From: Candidatus Xenobia bacterium
GTDB taxonomy: Bacteria > Vulcanimicrobiota > Xenobia > Xenobiales > QWHO01
Assembly (NCBI GenBank): GCA_045863235.1
Contig: BTUM01000082.1
Location: forward strand, 1 to 34,764
Reading direction: 5' to 3'
Length of the DNA stretch: 34,764 nucleotides
The notes below the pieces were generated by a model. It was not told where the DNA came from and searched no databases. It worked only from the letters and a program-made list of their open reading frames with translations. Numbering within the stretch: position 1 is the stretch's first letter; each line of letters begins with the position of its first letter. The position numbers and the translations under genes are program-made. This document shows positions 26,492 to 34,764 of the stretch, piece after piece.

Positions 26492-27205
26492 TCAGGCGGT
26501 TGGAGGAACGGCCTGCACCTGGCCACGCTCCTTGAGGTAGCTCAGCACGTGGTAGGAATAGGCGGCGATATCGCCGGCCAGGCCGATGGCGGTGAAGGTG
26601 GGGGCCACTCCCGCCAGGGCGGGGAGCAGCTTGTCGCCCAGAGCGCCCACCAGGCCCACCACGTCGGTGGCCACGTGCACGCCGTCCACGATCTTGTCGG
26701 TCAGGGGGGCGTCCTTGTTGGCCAGGGTATCGCGCAGCTTCTTGGCATCGAGCAGCAACGCAACCACGCGCAGCATCGGCAGAAAGGCTTTGTCGGCCAC
26801 GGTCTGGACCTCGCGAGGCAGGCCGGAGTAAACCTGGGTTTTGACGCCCAAAGCCGACTCCTTGAAGGCGAAGGCCGGGTCGGCCTGCACGAGCTTGCTG
26901 GCCTCCTCAGCCGCGGCGCTGATGAAGAGCTGGCCGCCGCGGATGGTGCGCTCCATGAGGCTGGGTCCTTCCTTGCTGACCTTGAGCACCTGTTCACCGT
27001 CCACGGTGATGGTCAGCTCCGAGCCGTTGCCGCCGATCTTTCCTGCCACCTGCTTGGCGAATTCAGGCGAGCTGAGCAGGTTCTCCACGAGCTTGTCGCC
27101 CAGGTCGGGGGTCTCGGGGGGCGTGCCCGGGTTTTCGGGCGGGGGAGGTGGGGTTGGAGTCTCGGCTCGCATCGGCCGGGTGTAGGGGGTGGATGTGATC
27201 TGCAT
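26492..27205 (-). CDS. Hypothetical protein (237 aa) with Pro-rich N-terminus and hydrophobic C-terminal helices
   Basis: GGAG SD before ATG 27205 (MQITST...). Confidence 0.8.
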   Translation of the reverse strand: MQITSTPYTRPMRAETPTPPPPPENPGTPPETPDLGDKLVENLLSSPEFAKQVAGKIGGNGSELTITVDGEQVLKVSKEGPSLMERTIRGGQLFISAAAEEASKLVQADPAFAFKESALGVKTQVYSGLPREVQTVADKAFLPMLRVVALLLDAKKLRDTLANKDAPLTDKIVDGVHVATDVVGLVGALGDKLLPALAGVAPTFTAIGLAGDIAAYSYHVLSYLKERGQVQAVPPTA

Positions 27206-27309
27206 GAGGTTCTCCAGTTGCAAAAAGATTGGGGTGGGGAGGGCCCCGGCCAAGTCAGCCGGGATCCCCCCCGCAGTTTTAAGGCGCCGTTGATCACTTC
27301 AGGAATTGG

Positions 27310-27385
27310 CGCGGCGCCGTTCAACAGATTGTCTACACTCCCGCGCGTTCCAATTCTGAACAGGTCAACGCGCGGGAGTGTAGCC
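27310..27385 (-). repeat. 76-bp palindromic dispersed element, copy 2 (inverted)
   Basis: Palindrome spans 27333-27383; 2 mismatches versus copy 1. Confidence 0.92.
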
Positions 27386-27412
27386 AGCCTCAGGCAGGCT
27401 CTGGTCGGACCC

Positions 27413-29743
27413 TCAGGCCAGCAGCCACTCGGGAGCCGGCGGAGCGGGAGGTTCAGGAGCCGGCGGAGCGGGAGGTTCAGGAGCCGGCGGAGCGGGAGGT
27501 TCAGGAGCCGGCGGGGCGGGCGGCTCGGGAGCCGGCGGGGCGGGAGGCTCGGGAGCCGGCGGAGCGGGAGGCTCGGGAGCCGCGTCGCCCAGGATGGTCA
27601 GGCGGTCGATGCGGATACCGTCTTTTTCGATCTTGTCGTCGGAGGTCAGGCGGAAGCGAAGCTGCACCGTCTTTCCCTCGAAGGCACCCAGATCGACCGT
27701 GTGGCTTTTCCAGTCGGACTTGCCGGTCAGGTTGGCCACTCCGGTCCAGCTCTCCCCGTCCTCGGAAACCTCCACGGCCACGTTGTCGCGCCGGGTTTGC
27801 AGGTCGTAGGCGGCTTCGAAGGTGAGCAGGGGACGGGTCACCGAGCTCAGATCCAGCGGACGCGACACCAGCGAGCGGTTGGCGTTGGGCTCGTAGTTGC
27901 CCTCGGGGCTGTCGCTCCAGACCCGGCCACGGCCTTCGGCTTCGGCCAGGGCCCAGCTGCCCTCGCCCGTGAAGTTGGGCGCGGTGCCGTCCATGTCATC
28001 CTCGAAGGCAATGCGCGAGGCGGGCACGGTGATGGCCGTGGTGCGAAGCTCCGAGCGGTTGCCCACGTTGTCCTGGTAGCGCACGGCCACGTGCACGGTA
28101 CGCTCCTCGGTGGAAGGAGCCAGCTCCAGCGTCTTGCTCTCGACCGTGCCGGTGGCGCTGGCGGCGCCCGAAGCCAGCACGCTGGCCTCGTCGAAGCTCA
28201 CCTGGCCCTCGGCCGCCTCGCCCTCCACGATGGGCCGATCCGACCACACCAGCTTGTAGGAGCTGGCCTGGCCGCACCAGCCGTCGTCACCGGTGGCCGT
28301 GAAGCGGAGCTGGATGGACCGGGTGGTTACCGCGTCGGCGCTCAGATCGTTGGGCGCTCCCGGAGCAACCTGGTCGTTCTCCAGGCTGTTGGCCGCGTTC
28401 AGGAGTCCGCCGCTGACCGTCTGGCCCTGCATGCTGGCCAGCGGGGTGGAGCCATGGATCAGTCGGGACTTGATCTCCTCGTTGCTGGCCTCGGGATAGA
28501 CCGTGGCGATGAGCCCGGCCACGCCGGAAACGTGAGGGGTGGCCATGGAGGTGCCGCTCATGCTGCGGTATCCCTCTTCGCTGATGTAGGTGGAGTAGAT
28601 GTCCTTGCCGGGCGCGGCCAGGTCGACCGAGACGGCGCCGTAGTTGGAGAAGTTGGCCTTGGCACCGTTGCGGTCGATGGCTGCCACGGCCACGATGTTG
28701 TCGAGCTCGAAGCTGGCCGGGTAAGCCGGACGCACATCGTTGTTGCCGCCGGCGTTGCCGGCCGCGAAGATGTGCAGCGCGTCGGAGGCCTGCAGGGCCT
28801 CTTTGAGGGCCTGGTTGGCTCCCCCGCCGCCCCACGAGTTGGAGGTGATGCGGGCCCCCATCCGGGTGGCGTAGTTGACGGCCTTCACGGCGTCGGACAA
28901 CTTGCCGCTGCCGTTCTGGTCCAGGAACTTGACGGCCATCATCCGGGCGCTCCAGTTGACGCCCACCACGCCCTGGCCGTTGTTGCCCTCGGCCGCGATC
29001 GTGCCGGCGCAGTGAGTGCCGTGGCCCTGGTCGTCCATGGGATTGCCGCTGTCGGTGATGGCGTTGTAGCCGTGAACGTCGTCGATGACTCCGTTGCCGT
29101 CGTTGTCGATGCCGTCGCCGGCGATCTCGCCCGGGTTGGTCCAGAGGTTGTTGGCCAGGTCCGGGTGGTCAACCTTGATGCCGGTATCGATGACGGCGAT
29201 GACCGGACCCTGGGTGCTGCCGGTGGTGACCTTCCAGGCCGCCAGGGCGTTGATGTCGGCGCCGGCCGTGCCGCCGTCCTGGCCGGTGTTCTTCAGGCCC
29301 CAGAGGCGGGAGTCCAGGTCGTTGGGCACTCCGGGCTCGGGGGGAGCGGGCTCAGGGGGAGTGGGGGGAGCGGGCTCGTCGTCGAGTCGCAGGATCTCGT
29401 TGGCCACCGCGTAGGACACTCGCGAGTCGCCCTGCATGGCCTGCATGGCCTGCTCGGTGCTCATCCCCTCGGGCAGGCCCAGGCGCAGCAACTGGCCGGT
29501 CGAGCTCTGGGCTCCGGCCCCGGGCATGGCGATGGTCTCGAGCACCCGGGCGCCGTACTCGGCCACCAGGTCGTCCATCGAGCCGCCCGGCTGAAGTTTG
29601 ACCAGGACCTCGCCAGGCACGTGCTCGGGCAGACCCGAGGTCGTTACCGTGTCCTGGGGCAGCGGCGGCTCGGCCGCGGCCGGGGCGCTTTGAGGCCGCT
29701 GGGCCAGCGCCTGGTTGCTGGAATTCAGAGAATGAATGATCAC
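27413..29743 (-). CDS. S8 subtilisin-like serine protease with prodomain, FN3-like and beta-sandwich domains and a Pro-rich tail
   Basis: VIDTG, HGTHCAG, AAGN and GTSMATP; GAGGAG SD before GTG. Confidence 0.95.
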   Translation of the reverse strand: MIIHSLNSSNQALAQRPQSAPAAAEPPLPQDTVTTSGLPEHVPGEVLVKLQPGGSMDDLVAEYGARVLETIAMPGAGAQSSTGQLLRLGLPEGMSTEQAMQAMQGDSRVSYAVANEILRLDDEPAPPTPPEPAPPEPGVPNDLDSRLWGLKNTGQDGGTAGADINALAAWKVTTGSTQGPVIAVIDTGIKVDHPDLANNLWTNPGEIAGDGIDNDGNGVIDDVHGYNAITDSGNPMDDQGHGTHCAGTIAAEGNNGQGVVGVNWSARMMAVKFLDQNGSGKLSDAVKAVNYATRMGARITSNSWGGGGANQALKEALQASDALHIFAAGNAGGNNDVRPAYPASFELDNIVAVAAIDRNGAKANFSNYGAVSVDLAAPGKDIYSTYISEEGYRSMSGTSMATPHVSGVAGLIATVYPEASNEEIKSRLIHGSTPLASMQGQTVSGGLLNAANSLENDQVAPGAPNDLSADAVTTRSIQLRFTATGDDGWCGQASSYKLVWSDRPIVEGEAAEGQVSFDEASVLASGAASATGTVESKTLELAPSTEERTVHVAVRYQDNVGNRSELRTTAITVPASRIAFEDDMDGTAPNFTGEGSWALAEAEGRGRVWSDSPEGNYEPNANRSLVSRPLDLSSVTRPLLTFEAAYDLQTRRDNVAVEVSEDGESWTGVANLTGKSDWKSHTVDLGAFEGKTVQLRFRLTSDDKIEKDGIRIDRLTILGDAAPEPPAPPAPEPPAPPAPEPPAPPAPEPPAPPAPEPPAPPAPEPPAPPAPEWLLA
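27428..27581 (-). repeat. 24-bp coding tandem repeat (PEPPAPPA, about 6 copies)
   Basis: Direct 24-bp periodicity at the subtilase 3' end. Confidence 0.95.
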
Positions 29744-29897
29744 CGGAAAGTCCTCCTCAATCTTGTCGCCCGATTCTTGCGGGCTGAGGGAACTCTAGCT
29801 CAGGTGATTGTTAACGAAAGTGAACTGGTTGCTAGGAATTATGAACTGCAGAACGCCTCCAATGCTGTGTTCCTCAGTTCATCTGTGACTCAATTTG

Positions 29898-30260
29898 TTA
29901 ATGATTGTCCACCAGCCGATTGAGCACAACCTCGCCCGTTGCGAGCTGCAGTGCGATCTCCTGGCCGTAGTCGCGCACGTAAGTGGTCAGGTGAACCACT
30001 CCTCGGTCGCGGTCAAAGGTCAGGCGCTGGCCGCTCAGGTGGTCGCCCAGGATCCACTGATTGGGCGGACCTCGCCGCGGGTCGCAGTTGGGAGCCAGGC
30101 GCCAGCCATCCTGCAGCATCAGCTTGGGCTTGGCCCAGTAGCTCTTCACTCGAAAGCTCTTCAGGTCCACCAGCGCCGACATCATTCCCGCGCTGCGCAG
30201 GTTGCTGAGCAGGCTCGCGTCCACGTGCGAGCTGTAGAAGACGTTCCCGTTTCGGTTCAT
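29898..30260 (-). CDS. Hypothetical protein (120 aa)
   Basis: GGAGGT SD 8 nt before ATG; globular composition. Confidence 0.75.
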   Translation of the reverse strand: MNRNGNVFYSSHVDASLLSNLRSAGMMSALVDLKSFRVKSYWAKPKLMLQDGWRLAPNCDPRRGPPNQWILGDHLSGQRLTFDRDRGVVHLTTYVRDYGQEIALQLATGEVVLNRLVDNH

Positions 30261-30621
30261 CTGGCGTCACCTCCGACGCTCTGAGCATAGCCGGGCCACC
30301 TTTGCAAAATCTTGGGGAATGTGAACGGAGAACTTCCCGTTGTCGGTCGTCGGAAGACCTATCTTCGGCCCCGGCAGTGAGGGCAGGGCTCAACCTTTTT
30401 TCAGGACCCATCGGTGGCCTATCTCATGGGAAACCGAATCGATAAGAACGTCTTGGTTATGCCATTTGGTCGTGGTCCCCTCCCCTGGAACAGGTGGTCG
30501 GCAGGCGTGGAATACGCACCTCGATGGACGAGACCGGATGACCCGGCTCATCGCCCCGGCTTTCCCGGACAGCTAAACTCACGTTGAAGGAGGACGGGGG
30601 AAATGTCGGCTTCATACGCTT

Positions 30622-30888
30622 GTGGCTTTCGTCCTGGTGCAGCAAGATCCAACGGGATGGCAGGCTCTCTTCTGCGGCGGGGTGCTTCTCCTGGTGCACG
30701 GTCTCTACTGGCTCAGTCGCCTGCAGATTGCTGCGAACGGACCCCCTGGCAAGAGGAAGGCCGGGGTCCGGTTGCCTGATTTTGCGGCGCGCAAGGAGCT
30801 GATTGTGGACCTGGACGACACCAATTCGACCCGCGAAGTCCTCGAGCGATTCATGTCGCGGCCGGACAGCCCACCCGAGGAGCGCTGA
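30622..30888 (+). CDS. Small hypothetical membrane protein; start uncertain
   Basis: One hydrophobic segment; the strong SD and ATG at 30603 are out of frame by 1 nt. Confidence 0.4.
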   Translation: MAFVLVQQDPTGWQALFCGGVLLLVHGLYWLSRLQIAANGPPGKRKAGVRLPDFAARKELIVDLDDTNSTREVLERFMSRPDSPPEER

Positions 30889-30922
30889 AGGGGCAGATGA
30901 TAGGACCTCCCCGGCAAGGGCG

Positions 30923-31600
30923 TCAATCTCCCAGAAACGGCCGCTGCGATTGCAGCATGACCCGCCGACAATCCCGATCCACCCGCGCCCGCAAGTACTC
31001 CGCCAGAGCCTCCCCGCTCCGTTTTCCCGCCCGGATCGCCTCGGCCAGGTAGTAGGCAAAAAAACCGTGCCCTCGTTCGCTCCAGTCAAAAGCCCTCTGC
31101 CCCGGAGAGCAGGCAAACAGGGCTCCCCCAAACCGCCGGGCTACCTCCGCCGTCAACCGGTTGTCACTGCAGCACAGCGCCTCCACCGGCTCGTTGCGCC
31201 AGGCATCGAGCAGCACCAGGACCCGCAGGCCAGAAAGAGAGCGGTAAAGCGTCTCGGCTGACAGAGCGCTCTGCTCTAACTGCCCCGGGTGGCTGTCGCT
31301 CAGCATCAGGTAACCCCCCAGGCTGTGCCCGAAGAAGGCCACCACCACGGGCTCATCCGACCGAGCACCGGAGGCCAGCCTGGCCAGGCGGAACCCGAAA
31401 GTGGCCCGGTCGGCCTCTTCCAGCAGGTCGACCTCGAACCCCCCGGCCCGCAGGGCTTCAGCCAGCAGCCGGGCGTCCGACCGGGCATGCTCGAGGTCGG
31501 ACAGGTGGTGATAGCTTTCCTGTCCGACCACCAGGGCCACGCCCTCGCGAGCCCAGGCCGGAGAGAGCAGCAGCAAGAACAAGCACGCGATCCATCTCAT
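30923..31600 (-). CDS. Secreted caspase-like (C14/orthocaspase) domain protein with catalytic Cys replaced
   Basis: Signal peptide; ALVVG..SY..L..L....DA, FFGHS, LLDAWRN, ACSPGQ.A and HGFF. Confidence 0.85.
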   Translation of the reverse strand: MRWIACLFLLLLSPAWAREGVALVVGQESYHHLSDLEHARSDARLLAEALRAGGFEVDLLEEADRATFGFRLARLASGARSDEPVVVAFFGHSLGGYLMLSDSHPGQLEQSALSAETLYRSLSGLRVLVLLDAWRNEPVEALCCSDNRLTAEVARRFGGALFACSPGQRAFDWSERGHGFFAYYLAEAIRAGKRSGEALAEYLRARVDRDCRRVMLQSQRPFLGD

Positions 31601-31767
31601 GAGTTGAGCTTAACCGCCGGCACCCCGGCTCCAAATGACCTGGATCAATCCGAGCTCTTCCGAGCTGTTCGTATGACCGGAGAAAAATGGCTTTACTGTT
31701 GATTAGAGATGTTCGCTTTTTGAACCGCCGGTTCAAAATGGGAGCATCTGTTCGAACCGGGAATGGC

Positions 31768-34764
31768 TCATTCTGTCTTGTGGGTGATCCCGTGGAGCAC
31801 CACGGCTGCCCAGGAGCGACTGAGTTGGGGAGCGTCCTCAGTGAAGGCCAGTCCGCAGGATAGAACGTCGCTATCACTGATTCTGCGACACCAGCGCGCC
31901 TCGCACCGGACCGCCGAGACGTTGCCGGAGGCAGTGGCGGGGTGCATCTCGATGATGGCCCCCTTGGCCAGCCGCTCGGGGGTCTCGATGCGAATGCCGG
32001 TCAGGGAGATCTCGTTGACGTGGGCCTCGAAGCTGGACAGGCCGACAAAGCAGCGGACCTTGAAGCTGCACTTCATGCGCGGAGCGCGCCGTTCCTCGAC
32101 CTGAGCCGCCCCGCCCCCGAGCTCGGTGAAGGTTGGCTCGGCGGGTCGGAACTCCAGGAACTCCTTGAGCATGATCTCCCGAATCTCGGCCAGCTCGGCC
32201 TCGGTTCGCTGAGCCGACATGGCGCGAGGCAGCTCCTTGGGGCGCACGGCTGGCTTAGAGGCCGGTGCGCTGGCGGCGGGAGCGGCCTTTTCGACCAGAC
32301 CCTTCTTGGGGCTGGCTTCGGCAGCCGGGTTCTTGTCCAACACCCGCTTGGTCTCGACGCCCGGGGTCCGTTCGACCAGTCCGCGCTTGGGACTGGCCTC
32401 CACTCCGGGGGTCCTCTCTACCAGCCCGGGCCGGACCTTGCCCTCCTGGGGCTTGTCACCGCCCTTCTTGGCGAGCTTTCGCGGGGTGCCCTTCTCCACG
32501 AGGCCCTGCCGGGTGGGGGCGGGCTCAGGGGCGGGCTCAGGGGCAGGCTCGGGCTCGACCATGGTCGGAGCGGGGGGCTCTGGCTCCACCGGAGGCGTGA
32601 CCGTTCCGGGCTTCATTTTGCCGCTGGGCGGCTGGACGCTCAGTTTGCCAGTGGGCGGCTTGACGGCCGATTTGGTCGCCACGGGCGGGGACTTGGGCGG
32701 CCCCGGTTTGGAGGGCGGTTTGACCGCGCTCCTGGGAGGCTGGACAGTCTCCTGCGAGGCAGGGGGCTCGATCGCACTCTCCTGCGAGCTCGAGGGTGGC
32801 TTGACCGAAGGAGGCTTGACCGATGATCCGGTGGGAGGCTTCGCGGCCGGCGGCTTGACCGAGGCCGTCTCTTGCGAGCCGGGAGGCTTGACGGCGGGCG
32901 GCTTGACCGAGGTGGGTGCCTTGGCGGCCGGAGGCTTGACGGCGGGCGGCTTGACCGAGGTCGGCGCCTTCGCGGCCGGAGGCTTGACGGAGGGGCTCTC
33001 TGCCTTTACCGGGGGCTGGACGGAAGGCGGCTTGATGGGGCCGCTGTCAGCCTTCACGGGTGGCTTGACAGTAGGCGGCTTGATGGGGCCGCTGTCTGCC
33101 TTCACGGGTGGCTTGACAGAAGGCGGCTTGATGGGACCGCTGTCAGCCTTCACGGGGGGCTTGACGGAAGGCGGTTTGATGGAGCCGCTGTCGGCCTTCA
33201 CCGGAGGCTTGACGGAGGGCGGCTTGATAGAGCCGCTGTCGGCCTTCATCGCGGTGACGGGAGGCGGTTTGATGGATCCGCTGTCGGCCTTCGCCGGGGG
33301 AGCGGTGGAAGGTGGCTTGCCCGACTTCACCGGGAATGCTGGACTGGAAGGGGCGGATTGCCGGCCTGTCGGGTAGGCAGGGCGCGGTGGGCCGGGCCGG
33401 ACACTGGCAGCAGGCTTGGGCTCGCTCTCGGCCGGGACGCTGGCAGCGGGCTTGGGCTCGGGTGGAGCTGGCTCCGGAGCTGGCGTCGGGGGCGCCTGCT
33501 CGGCTCGGGCAGGCGCTGAGGTCTGGGGTGGCGGGGCCACCGGACGGGATTGGCCGGGCGCCCCCAGAGGCTGTGAAGGGGTTGGTCTCCTGGGCGGACC
33601 TGGACGGCCGACTTCGGTCGGTGGGGGAGAGACGGGCTGGAACTCCACCACAGGCTGGAACTGGACGGGCGCCGGCATCGATCGCGCCGGGGCGCTGGCA
33701 GCCTGAGCACTGGCAGCAGATCGGGACGTCGACGGAGGGGATTCCACCCGGGTTGCCTCGGGCTCGCTCTGGGCCGAAACTTTCTCAGGACGGGGCGGAG
33801 GTTGCTCGGATACCACTGTTGGCTCGGCAGCCTCCTCGACAGAAGGCTCGGCTTCCTCTTCGGCCTCCTCGACGGACAGCTCGGCTTCCTCCTCAGCCTC
33901 CTCCTCGACGGACGGCTCGGCTTCCTCTTCGGCCTCCTCGACGGACGGCTCGGCCTCCTCTTCGGCCTCCTCCTCGACCGACGGCTCGGCTTCCTCTTCG
34001 GCCTCCTCGACGGATAGCTCGGCTTCTTCCTCAGCGGCCTCCTCGACAGAAGGCTCGGCTTCCTCTTCGGCCTCCTCGACGGACGGCTCGGCTTCCTCTT
34101 CGGCCTCCTCGACGGACAGCTCGGCTTCCTCCTCGGCCTCCTCGACGGACGGCTCGGCTTCCTCTTCGGCCTCCTCGATGGACGGCTCGGCCTCCTCCTC
34201 AGCCTCCTCGATGGCAGGCTCGGCCTCCTCGACAGCAGGCTCGGCTTCCTTCTCAGCCACCTCGACGGCCAGCTCGGCTTCCTCCACGGAGGGCTCGGCT
34301 GCAGCTTCGGCCTCCTTGACCTCCAGCGCAGCAGCCGCCAGTTCAGGCTCGGCTACGGCTTCTGTAGCCGCCACCTCGGGCTCGGGAGCTGCCTTGCTCG
34401 GTCGCTTATCCAGAAAACCGCGCTTGGCGCCTCCAGCGCTCCGCTCAACCAGACCACGCTTGCCCTCGGCTGGCACCGCACCGGAATGGCGCTCCACCAA
34501 ACCGCGCTTGCCTTCGGGAGCAGGTGCCTGACCTTTGGTGCCGCCTCGCTGGACCAGCCCAGCCCTGAGGGGGGCAGGCTCCGCCGACTCTTCCGACTGC
34601 TCTGCCTCGGGAGCAGGCTCCTGGACCTCAGGCTCGGGTTGAGCCTCCTGCTCGGGAGACCCGGCGGTGGCTTCCTGATCGACGAATTCCGGCCAGGCTT
34701 TCGCTTCCGGGGCGGGCAGGGAGGCCTCGGCCTCCGGCCAGGCTCCTCCCTCCGGGGCGGGCAG
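31768..34764 (-). CDS. Large low-complexity protein with C-terminal PilZ domain (5' end outside the window)
   Basis: Frame stays open from 34500 to the window end; RRAPR...EISLTG...ARWC...GLAF PilZ pattern. Confidence 0.88.
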   Translation of the reverse strand: MPAPEGGAWPEAEASLPAPEAKAWPEFVDQEATAGSPEQEAQPEPEVQEPAPEAEQSEESAEPAPLRAGLVQRGGTKGQAPAPEGKRGLVERHSGAVPAEGKRGLVERSAGGAKRGFLDKRPSKAAPEPEVAATEAVAEPELAAAALEVKEAEAAAEPSVEEAELAVEVAEKEAEPAVEEAEPAIEEAEEEAEPSIEEAEEEAEPSVEEAEEEAELSVEEAEEEAEPSVEEAEEEAEPSVEEAAEEEAELSVEEAEEEAEPSVEEEAEEEAEPSVEEAEEEAEPSVEEEAEEEAELSVEEAEEEAEPSVEEAAEPTVVSEQPPPRPEKVSAQSEPEATRVESPPSTSRSAASAQAASAPARSMPAPVQFQPVVEFQPVSPPPTEVGRPGPPRRPTPSQPLGAPGQSRPVAPPPQTSAPARAEQAPPTPAPEPAPPEPKPAASVPAESEPKPAASVRPGPPRPAYPTGRQSAPSSPAFPVKSGKPPSTAPPAKADSGSIKPPPVTAMKADSGSIKPPSVKPPVKADSGSIKPPSVKPPVKADSGPIKPPSVKPPVKADSGPIKPPTVKPPVKADSGPIKPPSVQPPVKAESPSVKPPAAKAPTSVKPPAVKPPAAKAPTSVKPPAVKPPGSQETASVKPPAAKPPTGSSVKPPSVKPPSSSQESAIEPPASQETVQPPRSAVKPPSKPGPPKSPPVATKSAVKPPTGKLSVQPPSGKMKPGTVTPPVEPEPPAPTMVEPEPAPEPAPEPAPTRQGLVEKGTPRKLAKKGGDKPQEGKVRPGLVERTPGVEASPKRGLVERTPGVETKRVLDKNPAAEASPKKGLVEKAAPAASAPASKPAVRPKELPRAMSAQRTEAELAEIREIMLKEFLEFRPAEPTFTELGGGAAQVEERRAPRMKCSFKVRCFVGLSSFEAHVNEISLTGIRIETPERLAKGAIIEMHPATASGNVSAVRCEARWCRRISDSDVLSCGLAFTEDAPQLSRSWAAVVLHGITHKTE
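32810..33290 (-). repeat. Coding repeats KADSG[PS]IKPPSVKPPV (48 bp) and related KPP units
   Basis: 48-bp periodicity across about 33000-33250, degenerating outward. Confidence 0.9.
33830..34290 (-). repeat. Coding acidic repeats EEAEPSVEEA (30/33 bp)
   Basis: More than 10 near-identical 30-33 bp units. Confidence 0.92.

Noticed and set aside
26549..29923. 1124-aa plus-strand ORF
   Set aside because: Antisense shadow of the subtilase and the 237-aa gene, typical of high-GC DNA; no motifs

Overview
High-GC bacterial chromosomal window with about 33 CDS, mostly on the minus strand. I see no rRNA, tRNA, CRISPR array, integrase or transposase. The protein style suggests Candidatus Eremiobacterota/Vulcanimicrobiota (Xenobia-like), but that is inference only. 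Recognisable genes: Ser/Thr kinase-TPR, four TPR proteins, ASCH-wHTH, DUF2461, VOC/PhnB, gluQ, COG3573 FAD dehydrogenase, chagasin I42, LysM-like NlpC/P60, Tat alpha/beta hydrolase, YheU, DUF427, USP, S8 subtilase, a caspase-like protein and a 5'-truncated low-complexity PilZ protein. Between them lie orphan proteins that may form an undescribed export/effector system. (i) Two helical-repeat orphans share a C-terminal [VI]xEK[ED]xx[VM][IV]VG[GS]VR[VL] motif and similar leaderless promoters. (ii) A Gly/Gln-rich protein carries an FrpC-type self-processing module whose scissile Asp-Pro is replaced by Thr-Pro. (iii) Several proteins have type-III-like N-termini and no Sec signal, some behind TGTTAA-N5 boxes. 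(iv) Two tandem TPR paralogs end in a Cys-plus-transmembrane tail. Non-coding structure includes a 61-bp REP-like tandem array and two near-identical inverted 76-bp palindromic elements 9 kb apart. All family calls come from motif recognition by eye; no searches were run.
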